Counted from the first letter of the stretch, positions 52,568-62,586 are shown. The stretch is 64,000 bases of DNA from Vicinamibacterales bacterium (GCA_036012125.1 DASCOS010000011.1:68125-132124), one strand, 5' to 3'. Notes: generated by a model not told the origin, from the sequence alone. Program-made: numbers and translations.

Positions 52568-53938
52568 TCAGCCCTCTGTTTCAATTTCCGTTAACACTTC
52601 GCGCAGCTTTGTACCAAAGTCAGTCTTCCCTGGACACACAAAGCTGCAGAGTGCAAGGTCTTCCTCATCAAGTTCAACGCATCCAAGTTCTTCCGCCTTT
52701 TCCGCATCTCCCATAACGAGTGCTCTGGCGAGAAACGTCGGCATCAGGTCCATCGGCATAACCCGCTCATACATGCCGATAGGAATAATCGCGCGAGGCG
52801 AACCGTGCGTCGCTGTCGTGAATACGAATCGTCGTCTTGGTAACAACCTCGACACAAAGGTGTTGATCGTGGAGTACTTATGCAGGCCAGGGCGCAACCA
52901 CCCCAAGAATTCTCGGTCCCGTCCCTCTGTCAGCACTGACACTTGGACGTGATAGCGACCCAGATATCCGAAGACCTCACCGGCCGCAGCACGTCCGGAA
53001 AACACTGAACCAGAAATTACACGATGTTCTCCATCCTCGAGTTCATCGCGCATCAGATCGTCGAGCGACACACCCAGCCTCGTCCTGAGTAATCTTGGAT
53101 TCCGTACGGAAGTTCCACCCAGCGCGACCACGCGCTCCGGCGAGAATTCACCCCGTTCGAACAGACGCCCGATGGCGATCACGTCCTGATAGCCAATGTG
53201 CCACACCATTTTCTGACGGTCGACTGGGTCGAGCCGATGGATGTGCAGGCCCACGGTTCCAGATGGATGTGGTCCGGCAAATTCCTCATGACGAACCTGA
53301 TCGATTTTCGGGAGTGAGAGAGATATTCCTTTAGCGGTGCACACAAAAACGGGACCATCGGTCAACTTCGACAACGCAACGAGACCGGTCTCAAATGCAC
53401 CCTGTGCTCCCGTCATCACAGTCTCGACTGAAGCCGCCAACGGATTGGAGTCGATCGCGGTTACGAAAACCGAATGTGGGCGCCCAACTGGGTTTGCGAC
53501 ACGGCTGAACGGCCGACCGCGGATAGCCGTCCACATCCCCGACTCCAGAAGTAGCTCTCTAACCTCATCCCCCGTCAAACTGCTCGGATGCCGACCCGAA
53601 AACGAGCTGAATCGTGGACTGTCTGGGCGGCCTTCGAGCTCCGCGCGGGAGAGTTCGATAATGACCGACTGCAGAGCCCGTCGATCACCTCGGTTAATCG
53701 CAAGAATCCGTCCTTCGGCGGGTGCGGTATAACGTACTCCTTGGATTTTCTTGTCTTCCATGAGGAGCTGGCCTCGACGCACGTCATCACCGACGCTGAC
53801 ATGCATTGTTGGCCGTAAGCCGATGTAGTCCGCCGCAACAACACCAACGCGCCGTGAAACAACGGCGGCTTCAATCTCTTGTCTAGGTTCACCGGCGATC
53901 GGAAGCTCGAGACCCTTACGTATTGTGTGAACTGCCAT
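52568..53938 (-). CDS. nqrA: Na+-NQR subunit A
   Basis: MAVHTIRKGLELPIAGEP matches the NqrA N-terminus (V. cholerae MITIKKGLDLPIAG). The track start at 53956 is TTG. The ATG at 53938 lies 14 nt after the gmhA stop. Confidence 0.93.
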   Translation of the reverse strand: MAVHTIRKGLELPIAGEPRQEIEAAVVSRRVGVVAADYIGLRPTMHVSVGDDVRRGQLLMEDKKIQGVRYTAPAEGRILAINRGDRRALQSVIIELSRAELEGRPDSPRFSSFSGRHPSSLTGDEVRELLLESGMWTAIRGRPFSRVANPVGRPHSVFVTAIDSNPLAASVETVMTGAQGAFETGLVALSKLTDGPVFVCTAKGISLSLPKIDQVRHEEFAGPHPSGTVGLHIHRLDPVDRQKMVWHIGYQDVIAIGRLFERGEFSPERVVALGGTSVRNPRLLRTRLGVSLDDLMRDELEDGEHRVISGSVFSGRAAAGEVFGYLGRYHVQVSVLTEGRDREFLGWLRPGLHKYSTINTFVSRLLPRRRFVFTTATHGSPRAIIPIGMYERVMPMDLMPTFLARALVMGDAEKAEELGCVELDEEDLALCSFVCPGKTDFGTKLREVLTEIETEG

Positions 53939-53952
53939 CACACACTGTGCCG

Positions 53953-54549
53953 TCAACCGGCCAACTCTCTCTCAACAAGTTCGCAAATTACGTGTAGCAG
54001 GGTTCGGTGCACTTCTTGTACCCGCGGCACGGAGTCGTGGGGTACGTTGATCTGAAGTTCAGCGGCTCGACCAAGGAGTCCGCCATCCCGGCCGGTTAGT
54101 GCGATGCGCCGTAGGCCTCCTCGTTCGGCAGCTTCTAATCCAGCGATGACGTTCGCTGACTTCCCGCTCGTGGAGATCGCGAAGGCGATGTCTCCTTGTC
54201 TTCCAAGTGCGTCGACCTGCCGGGCGAAAATTTGATCGAAGCCGTAGTCGTTTCCAATAGCCGTTACAACACTTGAATCGGCAGTCAACGAAATCGCTGG
54301 CCAGCCTTGTCGATCGTGTGCAAAGCGACCAACCAGCTCAGCAGCCAGGTGCTCAGCATCGGAAGCGCTACCGCCGTTCCCAAACACCAACACTTTGTTA
54401 CGTGATTCAAAAGCGGACACCAGCATGTCGGCCGCTAACAAAACTTGGGCTGGAGCAAAACCTCTAACGGTTTCGAGAAGTGTACTTGCCTCACGCAAAA
54501 TCTCGTCGACCGTGAGCCGTCGAGCGTCACTACCTGCGTGATCTACCAT
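53953..54549 (-). CDS. gmhA: D-sedoheptulose-7-phosphate isomerase (SIS domain)
   Basis: VLVFGNGGSASDAEHLAAELVGRF...AISTSGKSANV is canonical GmhA. Confidence 0.9.
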   Translation of the reverse strand: MVDHAGSDARRLTVDEILREASTLLETVRGFAPAQVLLAADMLVSAFESRNKVLVFGNGGSASDAEHLAAELVGRFAHDRQGWPAISLTADSSVVTAIGNDYGFDQIFARQVDALGRQGDIAFAISTSGKSANVIAGLEAAERGGLRRIALTGRDGGLLGRAAELQINVPHDSVPRVQEVHRTLLHVICELVERELAG

Positions 54550-54636
54550 TACGTCCGTGTCCTCGTATCAACCTGGTGTGGCGGCGCAGTCGCCTCTCAC
54601 CATCACGAACGGTATCTGCTTGTGAAAAGTTTCCCA

Positions 54637-54651
54637 ATCACTAACAGTGAT
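54637..54651. promoter_or_regulatory. Perfect 6-3-6 palindrome ATCACT-aac-AGTGAT overlapping the -10/+1 of the candidate gmhA-nqr promoter (operator-like)
   Basis: Read directly from the sequence. It overlaps the last 2 nt of the proposed -10 and covers the expected transcription start. Confidence 0.35.
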
Positions 54652-54679
54652 CCTATCGGACCCGTGCGAAGCAAGTCAA
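54650..54679 (-). promoter_or_regulatory. Candidate promoter of the gmhA-nqr unit (TTGACT-N18-TAGGAT)
   Basis: On the minus strand: TTGACT (54679-54674), an 18-nt spacer, then TAGGAT (54655-50). It lies about 100 nt upstream of the gmhA ATG. Confidence 0.4.
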
Positions 54680-54799
54680 TTTGAATCGGAAAAATTGGGG
54701 GTCCCTGGCCCAAGCGGTAGCGGGCATGGTACCATTCCGACCAGGCGGTCCAGATGAAAGTAACCTCTGGAGCCGATCGTTGAACTAAATCCATTCCCC

Positions 54800-55882
54800 A
54801 TGGCCGTCCGTACGGTCGTCGTCTGTGAAGCCCAGGTTCCCTTCGTTGAAGGAGGCGCCGAGTTCCATGTGCGCGCGCTCGTCACTCAGTTACGTGAGCA
54901 TGGCTATCAGACTGAGCTCGTCAGCGTTCCATTCAAGTGGTATCAGAAAAAGGAGATTTTGGCCCACGCCACTATCTGGCGACTGTTGGATTTGAGTGAG
55001 AGCAACGGGCAAGCCATCGATCTCGCTATCAGCCTTAAATTTCCTACCTACTTCGTACGGCACCCGAACAAAGTAGCTTGGCTTATTCATCAGTATCGTG
55101 CAGCGTACGAGTTGTGCGGAACACCCTATTCCGATTTCCAGCATACCGAGACAGACGTAGGTCTACGTGACACTCTGATGCGCCTCGATCGACAAATGCT
55201 GAATGAATGTCAACGCCTTTTCACCAACGCACGAAACACCGCGTCCCGTCTGCAGCGGTACAACGGCTTGACTGCTGAAGCCCTGTACCATCCTCCACGA
55301 CTGGCCGACAAGCTCCGTGCAGATTCATACGGAAACTATGTTCTCTCGGTTGGTCGGCTGGAAGCAGTCAAACGCATCGACCTCGCAGTGGAGGCTATCG
55401 CACTTGCCGATTCATCGATTAGGTTAGTCATCGTTGGTGACGGGTCGAACCGGCCGAAGCTCGAAGAGCGTGTGGAGGCCCTAGGGATCAGCGACCGAGT
55501 CGACTTCGCTGGTTGGGTAAATGATGACACCTTGATCGAACTTTACGCGGGGGCGCTTGGGGTCGTGTATGTTCCCTACGACGAGGACTACGGATACGTG
55601 ACATTGGAAAGCTTTCTCGCCCGCCGGCCGATACTTACAACCGAGGATGCGGGCGGTCCCCTCGAGTTCGTGGAGGACGGCATTAACGGCACTGTGTGCA
55701 TGCCGGAGCCAAGCGCGATCGCCGACGCAATCAGCAAGCTTGCGGCTGACCGCGCCAACGCAGCCCGCCTCGGTGAGGCGGGCTACGCAAGAGCGAAACA
55801 GATATCTTGGGACGGTGTCGTGGAACGGCTCGTCGGCGCCACAGGTCCCTTGACGACCGGAAATGGATCGAAGGTACCGTGA
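54800..55882 (+). CDS. Glycosyltransferase, GT4 (GT-B, RfaG-like) family
   Basis: C-terminal GT1/GT4 motif (VGRLEAVKRIDL...FAGWV...YVPYDEDYGYVTLESFLARRPILTT..GGPLEFVEDG.NG). Confidence 0.8.
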   Translation: MAVRTVVVCEAQVPFVEGGAEFHVRALVTQLREHGYQTELVSVPFKWYQKKEILAHATIWRLLDLSESNGQAIDLAISLKFPTYFVRHPNKVAWLIHQYRAAYELCGTPYSDFQHTETDVGLRDTLMRLDRQMLNECQRLFTNARNTASRLQRYNGLTAEALYHPPRLADKLRADSYGNYVLSVGRLEAVKRIDLAVEAIALADSSIRLVIVGDGSNRPKLEERVEALGISDRVDFAGWVNDDTLIELYAGALGVVYVPYDEDYGYVTLESFLARRPILTTEDAGGPLEFVEDGINGTVCMPEPSAIADAISKLAADRANAARLGEAGYARAKQISWDGVVERLVGATGPLTTGNGSKVP

Positions 55883-56871
55883 CGAAACTCATTATCCAGA
55901 TTCCCTGTCTGAATGAGGCCGCGACACTCCCCGTAACGCTGCGAGATCTGCCGCGAAGCATTCCGGGAATTGACGTAATTGAAACGCTCGTGATTGACGA
56001 CGGCTCCGAAGACAACACCGCGCGTGTCGCGCGTAACGAGGGCGTCAATCACATCATTAGCTTTCCGCGGAATCGCGGATTAGCGGTGGCCTTCACTGCC
56101 GGTATTAACGCCTGCTTAAAGAATGGTGCGGATTTCATCGTCAACACCGACGCCGATAACCAGTATGCTGGCACTGATGTCGTCAAACTCCTTACGCCGT
56201 TATTGTCTGGCGAGGCGGAGATTTCAATCGGCGATCGCAATATTAGTTCGCTACGTCATCTACCTTTCATTCGGAGAGCTTTGCAACATTTGGGTAGTTG
56301 GGTCGTGCGCCAAGTTTCGAACACAACAGTGCCCGATACGACGAGCGGATTTCGAGCTTACACCAGGGAAGCAGCACTTCAGATGACGATTGTCTCGGAG
56401 TTCTCATACACACTGGAATCGATCATCCAGTCGGGTAAGAAACGAATGGCCATTGCGCACGTGCCTGTCGCAACGAATCCAAAGATGCGAGAATCTCGGC
56501 TATTCGATAGCACGGTTTCATACATCAAGAAGTCGACAGCCACAATCATCCGCGTCTACGCGATGTACGAGCCACTTAAGATCTTTACCTATATCGGTGG
56601 CGCTGTCTTCAGCGCCGGCTTCTTGATTTCACTCCGGTTTCTCTACTTCTACCTTAGCGGCTTAGGTGGTGGAAACATCCAATCACTGATTCTTTCAGCT
56701 GTTCTAATGATCGTTGGGTTTCAAGTACTGCTCATTGGGCTCGTCGCTGACGTCATCTCAGGCAACCGCAAACTAATTGAAGATCTACTCTACCGAATCC
56801 GTGTGATGGAACTTGAACGGCGCAATGAACCACCTCCGAGACCACCAGACACAGGCACAGAAGTATCGTAG
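55879..56871 (+). CDS. Glycosyltransferase family 2 with C-terminal TM helices (GtrB/ArnC/DPM1-like polyprenyl-phosphate glycosyltransferase type)
   Basis: IIQIPCLNEAATL...VIDDGSEDNT...NTDADNQY (DXD), followed by two C-terminal TM helices. The GTG start at 55879 overlaps the upstream stop (GTGA). The track's 24 extra codons overlap the previous gene. Confidence 0.75.
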   Translation: MTKLIIQIPCLNEAATLPVTLRDLPRSIPGIDVIETLVIDDGSEDNTARVARNEGVNHIISFPRNRGLAVAFTAGINACLKNGADFIVNTDADNQYAGTDVVKLLTPLLSGEAEISIGDRNISSLRHLPFIRRALQHLGSWVVRQVSNTTVPDTTSGFRAYTREAALQMTIVSEFSYTLESIIQSGKKRMAIAHVPVATNPKMRESRLFDSTVSYIKKSTATIIRVYAMYEPLKIFTYIGGAVFSAGFLISLRFLYFYLSGLGGGNIQSLILSAVLMIVGFQVLLIGLVADVISGNRKLIEDLLYRIRVMELERRNEPPPRPPDTGTEVS

Positions 56872-57732
56872 ATGGCTAACCCAACTACCACCTCGGTAAT
56901 CATCCCGGCGTTCAACGAAGCGGCGACCGTCGGTAAAGTCGTGACGTCGCTAAAGAACGTCGCTACCTGGCGAGAAATCATCGTCGTGGATGATGGTTCG
57001 ACGGACGGGACGAGTGCCGAGGCCCGTAATGCTGGCGCCACAGTCATTACGCACCCTTATAACAAAGGAAACGGCGCCGCCGTGAAGACTGGCCTCCGCA
57101 ATGCGGACGGTGATTACATCCTGATCACCGACGGTGACGGACAGCATGCTGCAGTGGACGGTTTGCGTTTGGTGGAATTGCTCGGTGACTATGACCTCGT
57201 CATAGGTACTCGCTCCGGCATTAGCCAAGCAACCAGAGGACGCCGGATTGGTAACCGGGTCTTGAACTGGCTCGCTAGCTACCTCTCGGGACGGCCGATC
57301 CCGGACTTAACGTCAGGTCTGCGTGCGGCACGAACCAAGTATCTCCTCGAATTCATCCACCTCCTGCCAAATGGGTTTTCAACACCGACCACAACTACCC
57401 TGTCGTTTATCAAGGCAGGTTACAACGTCGTGTTCGAACCCGCGGAGGCGACACCGCGAGAAGGGCACTCAAAAATCAGGCTGATCCAGGATGGGTTCAA
57501 GTTTTTCTTGATTCTACTGCGAGTGATCACGCTCTTTAATCCGCTTCGGATCTTTGTACCGATTGCCGCTGTCCCGTTCATACTTGGCACAGGCTACATG
57601 CTGTGGACGCTACTCCGTTACGTGCGGGTGACAAACTCCTCCGTCCTATTAATCGTTCTCGGTGTCATCGTTTTCCTAATCGGTCTTGTCTCAGAACAGA
57701 TCTCCGCGCTGAGATTCGAACGGAGACGGTAA
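56872..57732 (+). CDS. Second GT2 glycosyltransferase with C-terminal TM helices (GtrB/ArnC-like)
   Basis: VIIPAFNEAATV...VVDDGSTDGT...ITDGDGQH (DXD), plus two C-terminal TM helices. The ATG abuts the previous stop (TAGATG). Confidence 0.75.
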   Translation: MANPTTTSVIIPAFNEAATVGKVVTSLKNVATWREIIVVDDGSTDGTSAEARNAGATVITHPYNKGNGAAVKTGLRNADGDYILITDGDGQHAAVDGLRLVELLGDYDLVIGTRSGISQATRGRRIGNRVLNWLASYLSGRPIPDLTSGLRAARTKYLLEFIHLLPNGFSTPTTTTLSFIKAGYNVVFEPAEATPREGHSKIRLIQDGFKFFLILLRVITLFNPLRIFVPIAAVPFILGTGYMLWTLLRYVRVTNSSVLLIVLGVIVFLIGLVSEQISALRFERRR

Positions 57733-57786
57733 CAGCATCCACGGTTCTCTACCACACTGACCGCGCGGAACCGTCCGGTTGATGTC

Positions 57787-59019
57787 ATGGCCCATACCAT
57801 CGTCATGGTTAGCACGTCCTATCCTAGGTTTCCCGGGGATACGGTGGGCACATTCCTCGAGCCTATCGCTCAAGGCATTGCGGCGCGTGGCCACGCTGTC
57901 CACGTAGTTCTACCGTGGCACCCCCAAGTCGACCGTGCACCAGTCGAACGCGGCGTCCATCTACATTACTTCCGCTACGCTCCAGCCAGCCTATCGGTGT
58001 TTGGGTATGCGCAGGGTCTCCGAGCCGACGTCCACTTGAAGACCACTGCATATCTCGCTGCACCGCTGGCGTCCATTGCAGCGATACTCAAGACTCGCCA
58101 AGTAGCACGACGCTACGGAGCCACGATTCTTCATGGTCACTGGGTAATTCCAGGAGGCGTAATCGCAGCCTTGGCCGCTTCCACCGCCCTCCCATTAGCG
58201 ATCAGTCTTCACGGCTCTGACGTGTATGTTGCCGAGCGATACCACTTTCTGGGACCCGTGGCTCGCTGGGCATTCAGCCGGGCTAGTTGGGTAACAGCGT
58301 GCAGTGATGACCTGCGTCAACGTGCTATCGGTCTGGGCGCTTCGAAAGACCACATCGAGGTGCTTCCATACGGTGTGGACGCTAAACGGTTCAGCCCAGA
58401 CCCCTCGACCGGTGCTCAGACGCGCACTCAACTCGGTGTCCCTCTGGACGCTCCACTCATCCTCACGGCCGGTCGCCTAGTTAGAAAAAAGGGTTTTGAA
58501 TTTCTTATTGATGCGATGGCAAAGCTTGCACTGAAGTGGCCAGAGCTCCGTCTCATGATTGTGGGTAGTGGCGATCTAGATGCGGAACTTCGTCAGCGTG
58601 CCCGCGACGCGGGTATCGGTCACCGCGTAACGTTCGCCGGTAATGTGTCGCAGAACGCTATTCCCAGCTATCTTAACGCTGCAGACCTGGTCGTTGTGCC
58701 GTCCGTCCGTGACACTGCGGGCAACGTTGACGGGTTACCAAACTTCCTGCTAGAGGCGCTTGTATCGGGCACAACCGTCGTCACTACCGACGTCGGCGGA
58801 ATCAGAAGCGTGGCTAAAGATGGACGCACCGCGGTAGTCGTACCTCCCGCAAATGCCGATGCCCTTGCCGACGCTATCCACACGATGCTTGGGCAACCTG
58901 AGCGGCGGCGCGCGCTTGGAGCAGCCGCGCGCCTTGAACTTCAACAGAATCGAAGCTGGGCTGACTTCGCGGAACAGTTGGAGGCAGTCTACGACCGATT
59001 GACTAAGGAGTCATATTGA
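57787..59019 (+). CDS. Glycosyltransferase, GT4 family
   Basis: MVSTSYPRFPGD...GRLVRKKGFEFLIDA...VVPSVRD..GNVDGLPNFLLEALVSGTTVVTTDVGG is the typical GT4 EX7E-type C-terminal domain. Confidence 0.8.
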   Translation: MAHTIVMVSTSYPRFPGDTVGTFLEPIAQGIAARGHAVHVVLPWHPQVDRAPVERGVHLHYFRYAPASLSVFGYAQGLRADVHLKTTAYLAAPLASIAAILKTRQVARRYGATILHGHWVIPGGVIAALAASTALPLAISLHGSDVYVAERYHFLGPVARWAFSRASWVTACSDDLRQRAIGLGASKDHIEVLPYGVDAKRFSPDPSTGAQTRTQLGVPLDAPLILTAGRLVRKKGFEFLIDAMAKLALKWPELRLMIVGSGDLDAELRQRARDAGIGHRVTFAGNVSQNAIPSYLNAADLVVVPSVRDTAGNVDGLPNFLLEALVSGTTVVTTDVGGIRSVAKDGRTAVVVPPANADALADAIHTMLGQPERRRALGAAARLELQQNRSWADFAEQLEAVYDRLTKESY

Positions 59020-59930
59020 TGAGTCGAAACGTCCTCAGGGGACGGGGTCATCCCTAGCGGTCGCTTTCGTGCAACGATGGTCATGATGTCCCACAAGTTG
59101 ACAAACGGAGCCAAACGACCGAGATGAGTCAACGCGCCCAGCCTTAGCGCAGCCGAACCAGCACGAGGCGTGACAAGGGACGCCAGTTTCCAGAGGGCGA
59201 AGTCAAGCGGTACCCGCTTGCCCGGCTTGGAAACCACCACGGCCTCAAAGCCAGCCTGGCTGAGTAAATTTCTGATTGTGACAGGCGAAAAGAAGTAAAG
59301 GTGACGGGGCGGGATCATGAGATGCCAGAAACGTCCCATCACCCGGGCAACCAAGCTCCCGATGTCTCCCGTGCTCAAGGCGATCAGGCCACCATTACGC
59401 AGTAGTTGAAACGCATGGCGCAGGAACGTCAGTGGGTCCGGTACGTGCTCAATGACGTCCCACATCGTCACAACATCGACAGGCTCGTTGCCCAGGCTCG
59501 CCCTCAGGAAATCTCCGACCACCACGTCCTGTAGGCCCTTAGCTCGAGTTTGCTCAGCTGCATACATTGACATCTCAACGCCAGCGATGTGCCCGACATG
59601 CGGTCGAGCTGCCAACATAAAATCGCCGGTAGCACAGCCAACGCCAAGCCAGCGGCCGCGTGTGACACCGGGCGTCGTAAGCAGCCGTCGCACACGGTGC
59701 TCAGCATTTAGTCTGCCCGAACTCCCTGCCTGACCAGCAAATTTCTCGCCCACCTGGAAGAACGACTCCGAATAAATCTGTTCCAGCTCGTCGTGGGTCG
59801 GATGCGGGCTGGCAAATATCAACCCGCACAAACGGCACCGCAGAATCGCGTAGGCCCCCTTGCGAAAGAGATGCTCCGAAACGGCCGGCGGGCCACACAT
59901 AACGCAACAGCGCCGGTCATCGCACATCAT
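58989..59930 (-). CDS. Class I SAM-dependent methyltransferase with N-terminal Cys4 zinc-ribbon
   Basis: CVMCG...CRLCGLIFASP, then the SAM motif I region WLGVGCATGDF and DVVTMWDVIEHV. The 3' end overlaps the convergent GT4 by 31 nt. The track start is TTG, so the ATG at 59930 is used. Confidence 0.75.
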   Translation of the reverse strand: MMCDDRRCCVMCGPPAVSEHLFRKGAYAILRCRLCGLIFASPHPTHDELEQIYSESFFQVGEKFAGQAGSSGRLNAEHRVRRLLTTPGVTRGRWLGVGCATGDFMLAARPHVGHIAGVEMSMYAAEQTRAKGLQDVVVGDFLRASLGNEPVDVVTMWDVIEHVPDPLTFLRHAFQLLRNGGLIALSTGDIGSLVARVMGRFWHLMIPPRHLYFFSPVTIRNLLSQAGFEAVVVSKPGKRVPLDFALWKLASLVTPRAGSAALRLGALTHLGRLAPFVNLWDIMTIVARKRPLGMTPSPEDVSTHQYDSLVNRS

Positions 59931-60022
59931 CAAATGATAATCCCTCGCTGCAAGCCAAACAGGGATTCAGCAGTGGCACCATTCTACTCATGCAAGAACT
60001 TGCGTTACACTTCTGAGCCGGA

Positions 60023-62581
60023 GTGCCGACGTCGCGTTTCGGCAACTCGCATCCTATGTTGTATCAGCTGGTCGCCCTTGGCGTGATCGCCTACCTGCCA
60101 GGCGCCATTATCTTCCGGTCGCCGGTCGCCGATCGCTGGCGACGTGCAACGCTAGCCGCCGAGGAGCGCTGTTTCTGGGGAGTTTTCATTAGTCTCTCAC
60201 TGACGTCGATAATCGCCCTAGGCTTGGCGGTCGCGGAACAGTACAGCTTCGAACGGTTACTCGCAGCAAACACCATCCTAAGTCTGGTGTTCGTGCTCCT
60301 CGCACGTGGCCGGTTACGATTGCCCCCTGAGGCCCCACGGCCAAACCTCACCGTCTTGGCACCGCTCACCTTGATAGCTCTTGGAGCCTGGTTGTACTTT
60401 CCCTCCTCGGAATACATCATAGGCGGGAAGGACCCGGGCGTATATGTGAACGAGGGGATCCAGATCGCTCAACGCGGTGCGCTCGTCACGCGGGATCCAC
60501 AAATCGCGTCACTACCGCCTAACTCGCGAGACCTCTTTATTCCTCGCCATGATGACGACACTTATTACGGACTTCGGTTCATGGGTTACTTTGTCACTGA
60601 ACCTGCTTCTGGAAAGGTCGTGGGACAGTTTCCACATCTCTATCCAGCCTGGGTCTCCATTGGTTACGGCCTGAATGGCCTGACGGGAGCCCGACAGGTC
60701 ATCGGTATCTGGGCAATCCTCGGCCTACTGGCGTTGTATTTCGTTGGAGCACGGGCGGTCGGAACTTTGCCAGCATTCACAGGTTCTGTTTTGCTGGCGG
60801 TACACGTCGCACAGGTCTGGTTCAGCCGGTACCCGAACTCAGAGCTCGTCCTCCAGGCTACTTTGTTGGCTGCGTTGCTAGCGTTCGCTCGCGCTCACAG
60901 CGATGGCGATCGATTTTTTGGTCCCCTAGCGGCCACGCTCCTCGGCCTGTCACTCTTCGTAAGGCTGCCAGCGATACTGGCCTGGGCGGCGGTCAGTCTG
61001 GCCTGCCTGGCCGGTGCAACTGAGGGACGGCGGCCTCGCATCAGCTTCATCGGTCCGGCGATACTCTGGCTGGGACTCGCAACTTGGTATTTCGTGGCGG
61101 TGCTCACACCCTATGCTGCACAGCCGATCGGATTCGTTCAGAACCTGCAGACGGTCCACATTCTCCTACTTGGTCTCGGTGCGGCCGCGGTCGTCCTGCT
61201 GCTCCTAGCAATCCGCTCAGAAGCCGCTTGTACACAAATTCGGCGTTGGTTGCCAGCAGTCGTCAGTGGTGCCGTCATCATAGCCGCCGCTTACGCATAC
61301 TTTCTTCGCACACCAGGCGGACGACTCGCCCCTCATGATGCATTCGCACTTCGAACCTATGCGGCGTACTATTTGTCACCCTACGGGCTTGTTGCTGCTC
61401 TACTCGGATTCGCTCTACTGGTCCGCCAGTCGTTCTGGCGGAACTCCGCACTAATCTTGAGTCTTGTTACATTTTCGTTCTTCTTCTTTTACAAAATCCG
61501 AATAGTGCCTGAGCATTTCTGGATGACGAGGCGGTTCCTCCCAATCATTCTTCCAATGTCGATGTTACTGATCACCACAGCGGCATTCTGGGGAGTCGGT
61601 TCGGGGTGGCCACGAATGCTGCGAGAACGAATCACCCTCGTGGTTCGGGTCGTAATTGGTATCGTGCTCGTGGGACTCCTGAGCCAACAGTATTTAGCCG
61701 CGTCACGTCCATTGCTTAATCACATCGAATACGAAGGCGTGATTCTGAAGCTTGAGGAACTTGCCGACCAGTTCGGTGATCGTGATCTCGTCATTGTGGA
61801 GTCCAGAGCTGCATCTGACCTTCATGTTCTAGCGTTACCACTCGCCTACATCTATGGTCGAAATGTGCTCGTCTTCAGCGACTCCGAACCTAATAGAAAT
61901 GCTTTTCTGGAATTTCTGACCTGGGCTCGAACAGAATATCAAAACATCTTCTTTCTCGGAGGCGGTCGGACAGACTTACTGTCGTTTGCAACCGTCAACC
62001 CGGTGGGTTCGGAGAGATTCCAAGTGCCAGAATACCAATCACTCCTAAATACCTACCCAAGAGCGGTGGACCAAAAAGAGTTCGATTTTGGCATCTACCA
62101 ATTCGACGAGACCATTCGTGTACCAGGACCATTTTCGCTCGATATTGGCACAATGGATGACCTGCACGTCGTCGAATTCCACTCGAAGGAGCAATCATCA
62201 TTGCTGGGAGGAACCCCTCAGTCAGGAGAACAGGTCACTTTTCGCTGGTCTCGTGAAGAATCTCATATTGCCATTTTGGACACTTCGGCGAATGCTCAAG
62301 CACTGACACTCTGGATGAGTGATGGCGACCGTCCCGATAACGTCATTCCTGCGCGCGTTGCGGTCTATCTCGATGACGTCCTGCTCGGTGACGTGGCTAT
62401 TACCAACGGGTTTCATCCCTATATCTTCTCCATTCCACCAAGCCTCGCTTCAGTGATGGCGGAACGACGAGAAACGACGAGCCTCACGTTACTCACCAAC
62501 ACGTGGAATCCGTCCCGAGTACTGAGCGTACCCGACAATCGTGAGCTGGGGGTGATGGTCGATCGCGTGGAGATACAATAA
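60023..62581 (+). CDS. Large polytopic membrane protein, GT-C-like (ArnT/PMT-type fold suspected) with a roughly 270-aa C-terminal extracytoplasmic domain
   Basis: 852 aa with about 13 predicted TM segments by eye, an Asp-containing first loop (IIGGKDPGVYVNEG), and a soluble C-terminal domain. The GT-C assignment rests on architecture and context only. Start is uncertain (GTG 60023 or ATG 60056). Confidence 0.5.
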   Translation: MPTSRFGNSHPMLYQLVALGVIAYLPGAIIFRSPVADRWRRATLAAEERCFWGVFISLSLTSIIALGLAVAEQYSFERLLAANTILSLVFVLLARGRLRLPPEAPRPNLTVLAPLTLIALGAWLYFPSSEYIIGGKDPGVYVNEGIQIAQRGALVTRDPQIASLPPNSRDLFIPRHDDDTYYGLRFMGYFVTEPASGKVVGQFPHLYPAWVSIGYGLNGLTGARQVIGIWAILGLLALYFVGARAVGTLPAFTGSVLLAVHVAQVWFSRYPNSELVLQATLLAALLAFARAHSDGDRFFGPLAATLLGLSLFVRLPAILAWAAVSLACLAGATEGRRPRISFIGPAILWLGLATWYFVAVLTPYAAQPIGFVQNLQTVHILLLGLGAAAVVLLLLAIRSEAACTQIRRWLPAVVSGAVIIAAAYAYFLRTPGGRLAPHDAFALRTYAAYYLSPYGLVAALLGFALLVRQSFWRNSALILSLVTFSFFFFYKIRIVPEHFWMTRRFLPIILPMSMLLITTAAFWGVGSGWPRMLRERITLVVRVVIGIVLVGLLSQQYLAASRPLLNHIEYEGVILKLEELADQFGDRDLVIVESRAASDLHVLALPLAYIYGRNVLVFSDSEPNRNAFLEFLTWARTEYQNIFFLGGGRTDLLSFATVNPVGSERFQVPEYQSLLNTYPRAVDQKEFDFGIYQFDETIRVPGPFSLDIGTMDDLHVVEFHSKEQSSLLGGTPQSGEQVTFRWSREESHIAILDTSANAQALTLWMSDGDRPDNVIPARVAVYLDDVLLGDVAITNGFHPYIFSIPPSLASVMAERRETTSLTLLTNTWNPSRVLSVPDNRELGVMVDRVEIQ

Positions 62582-62586
62582 GGCAG

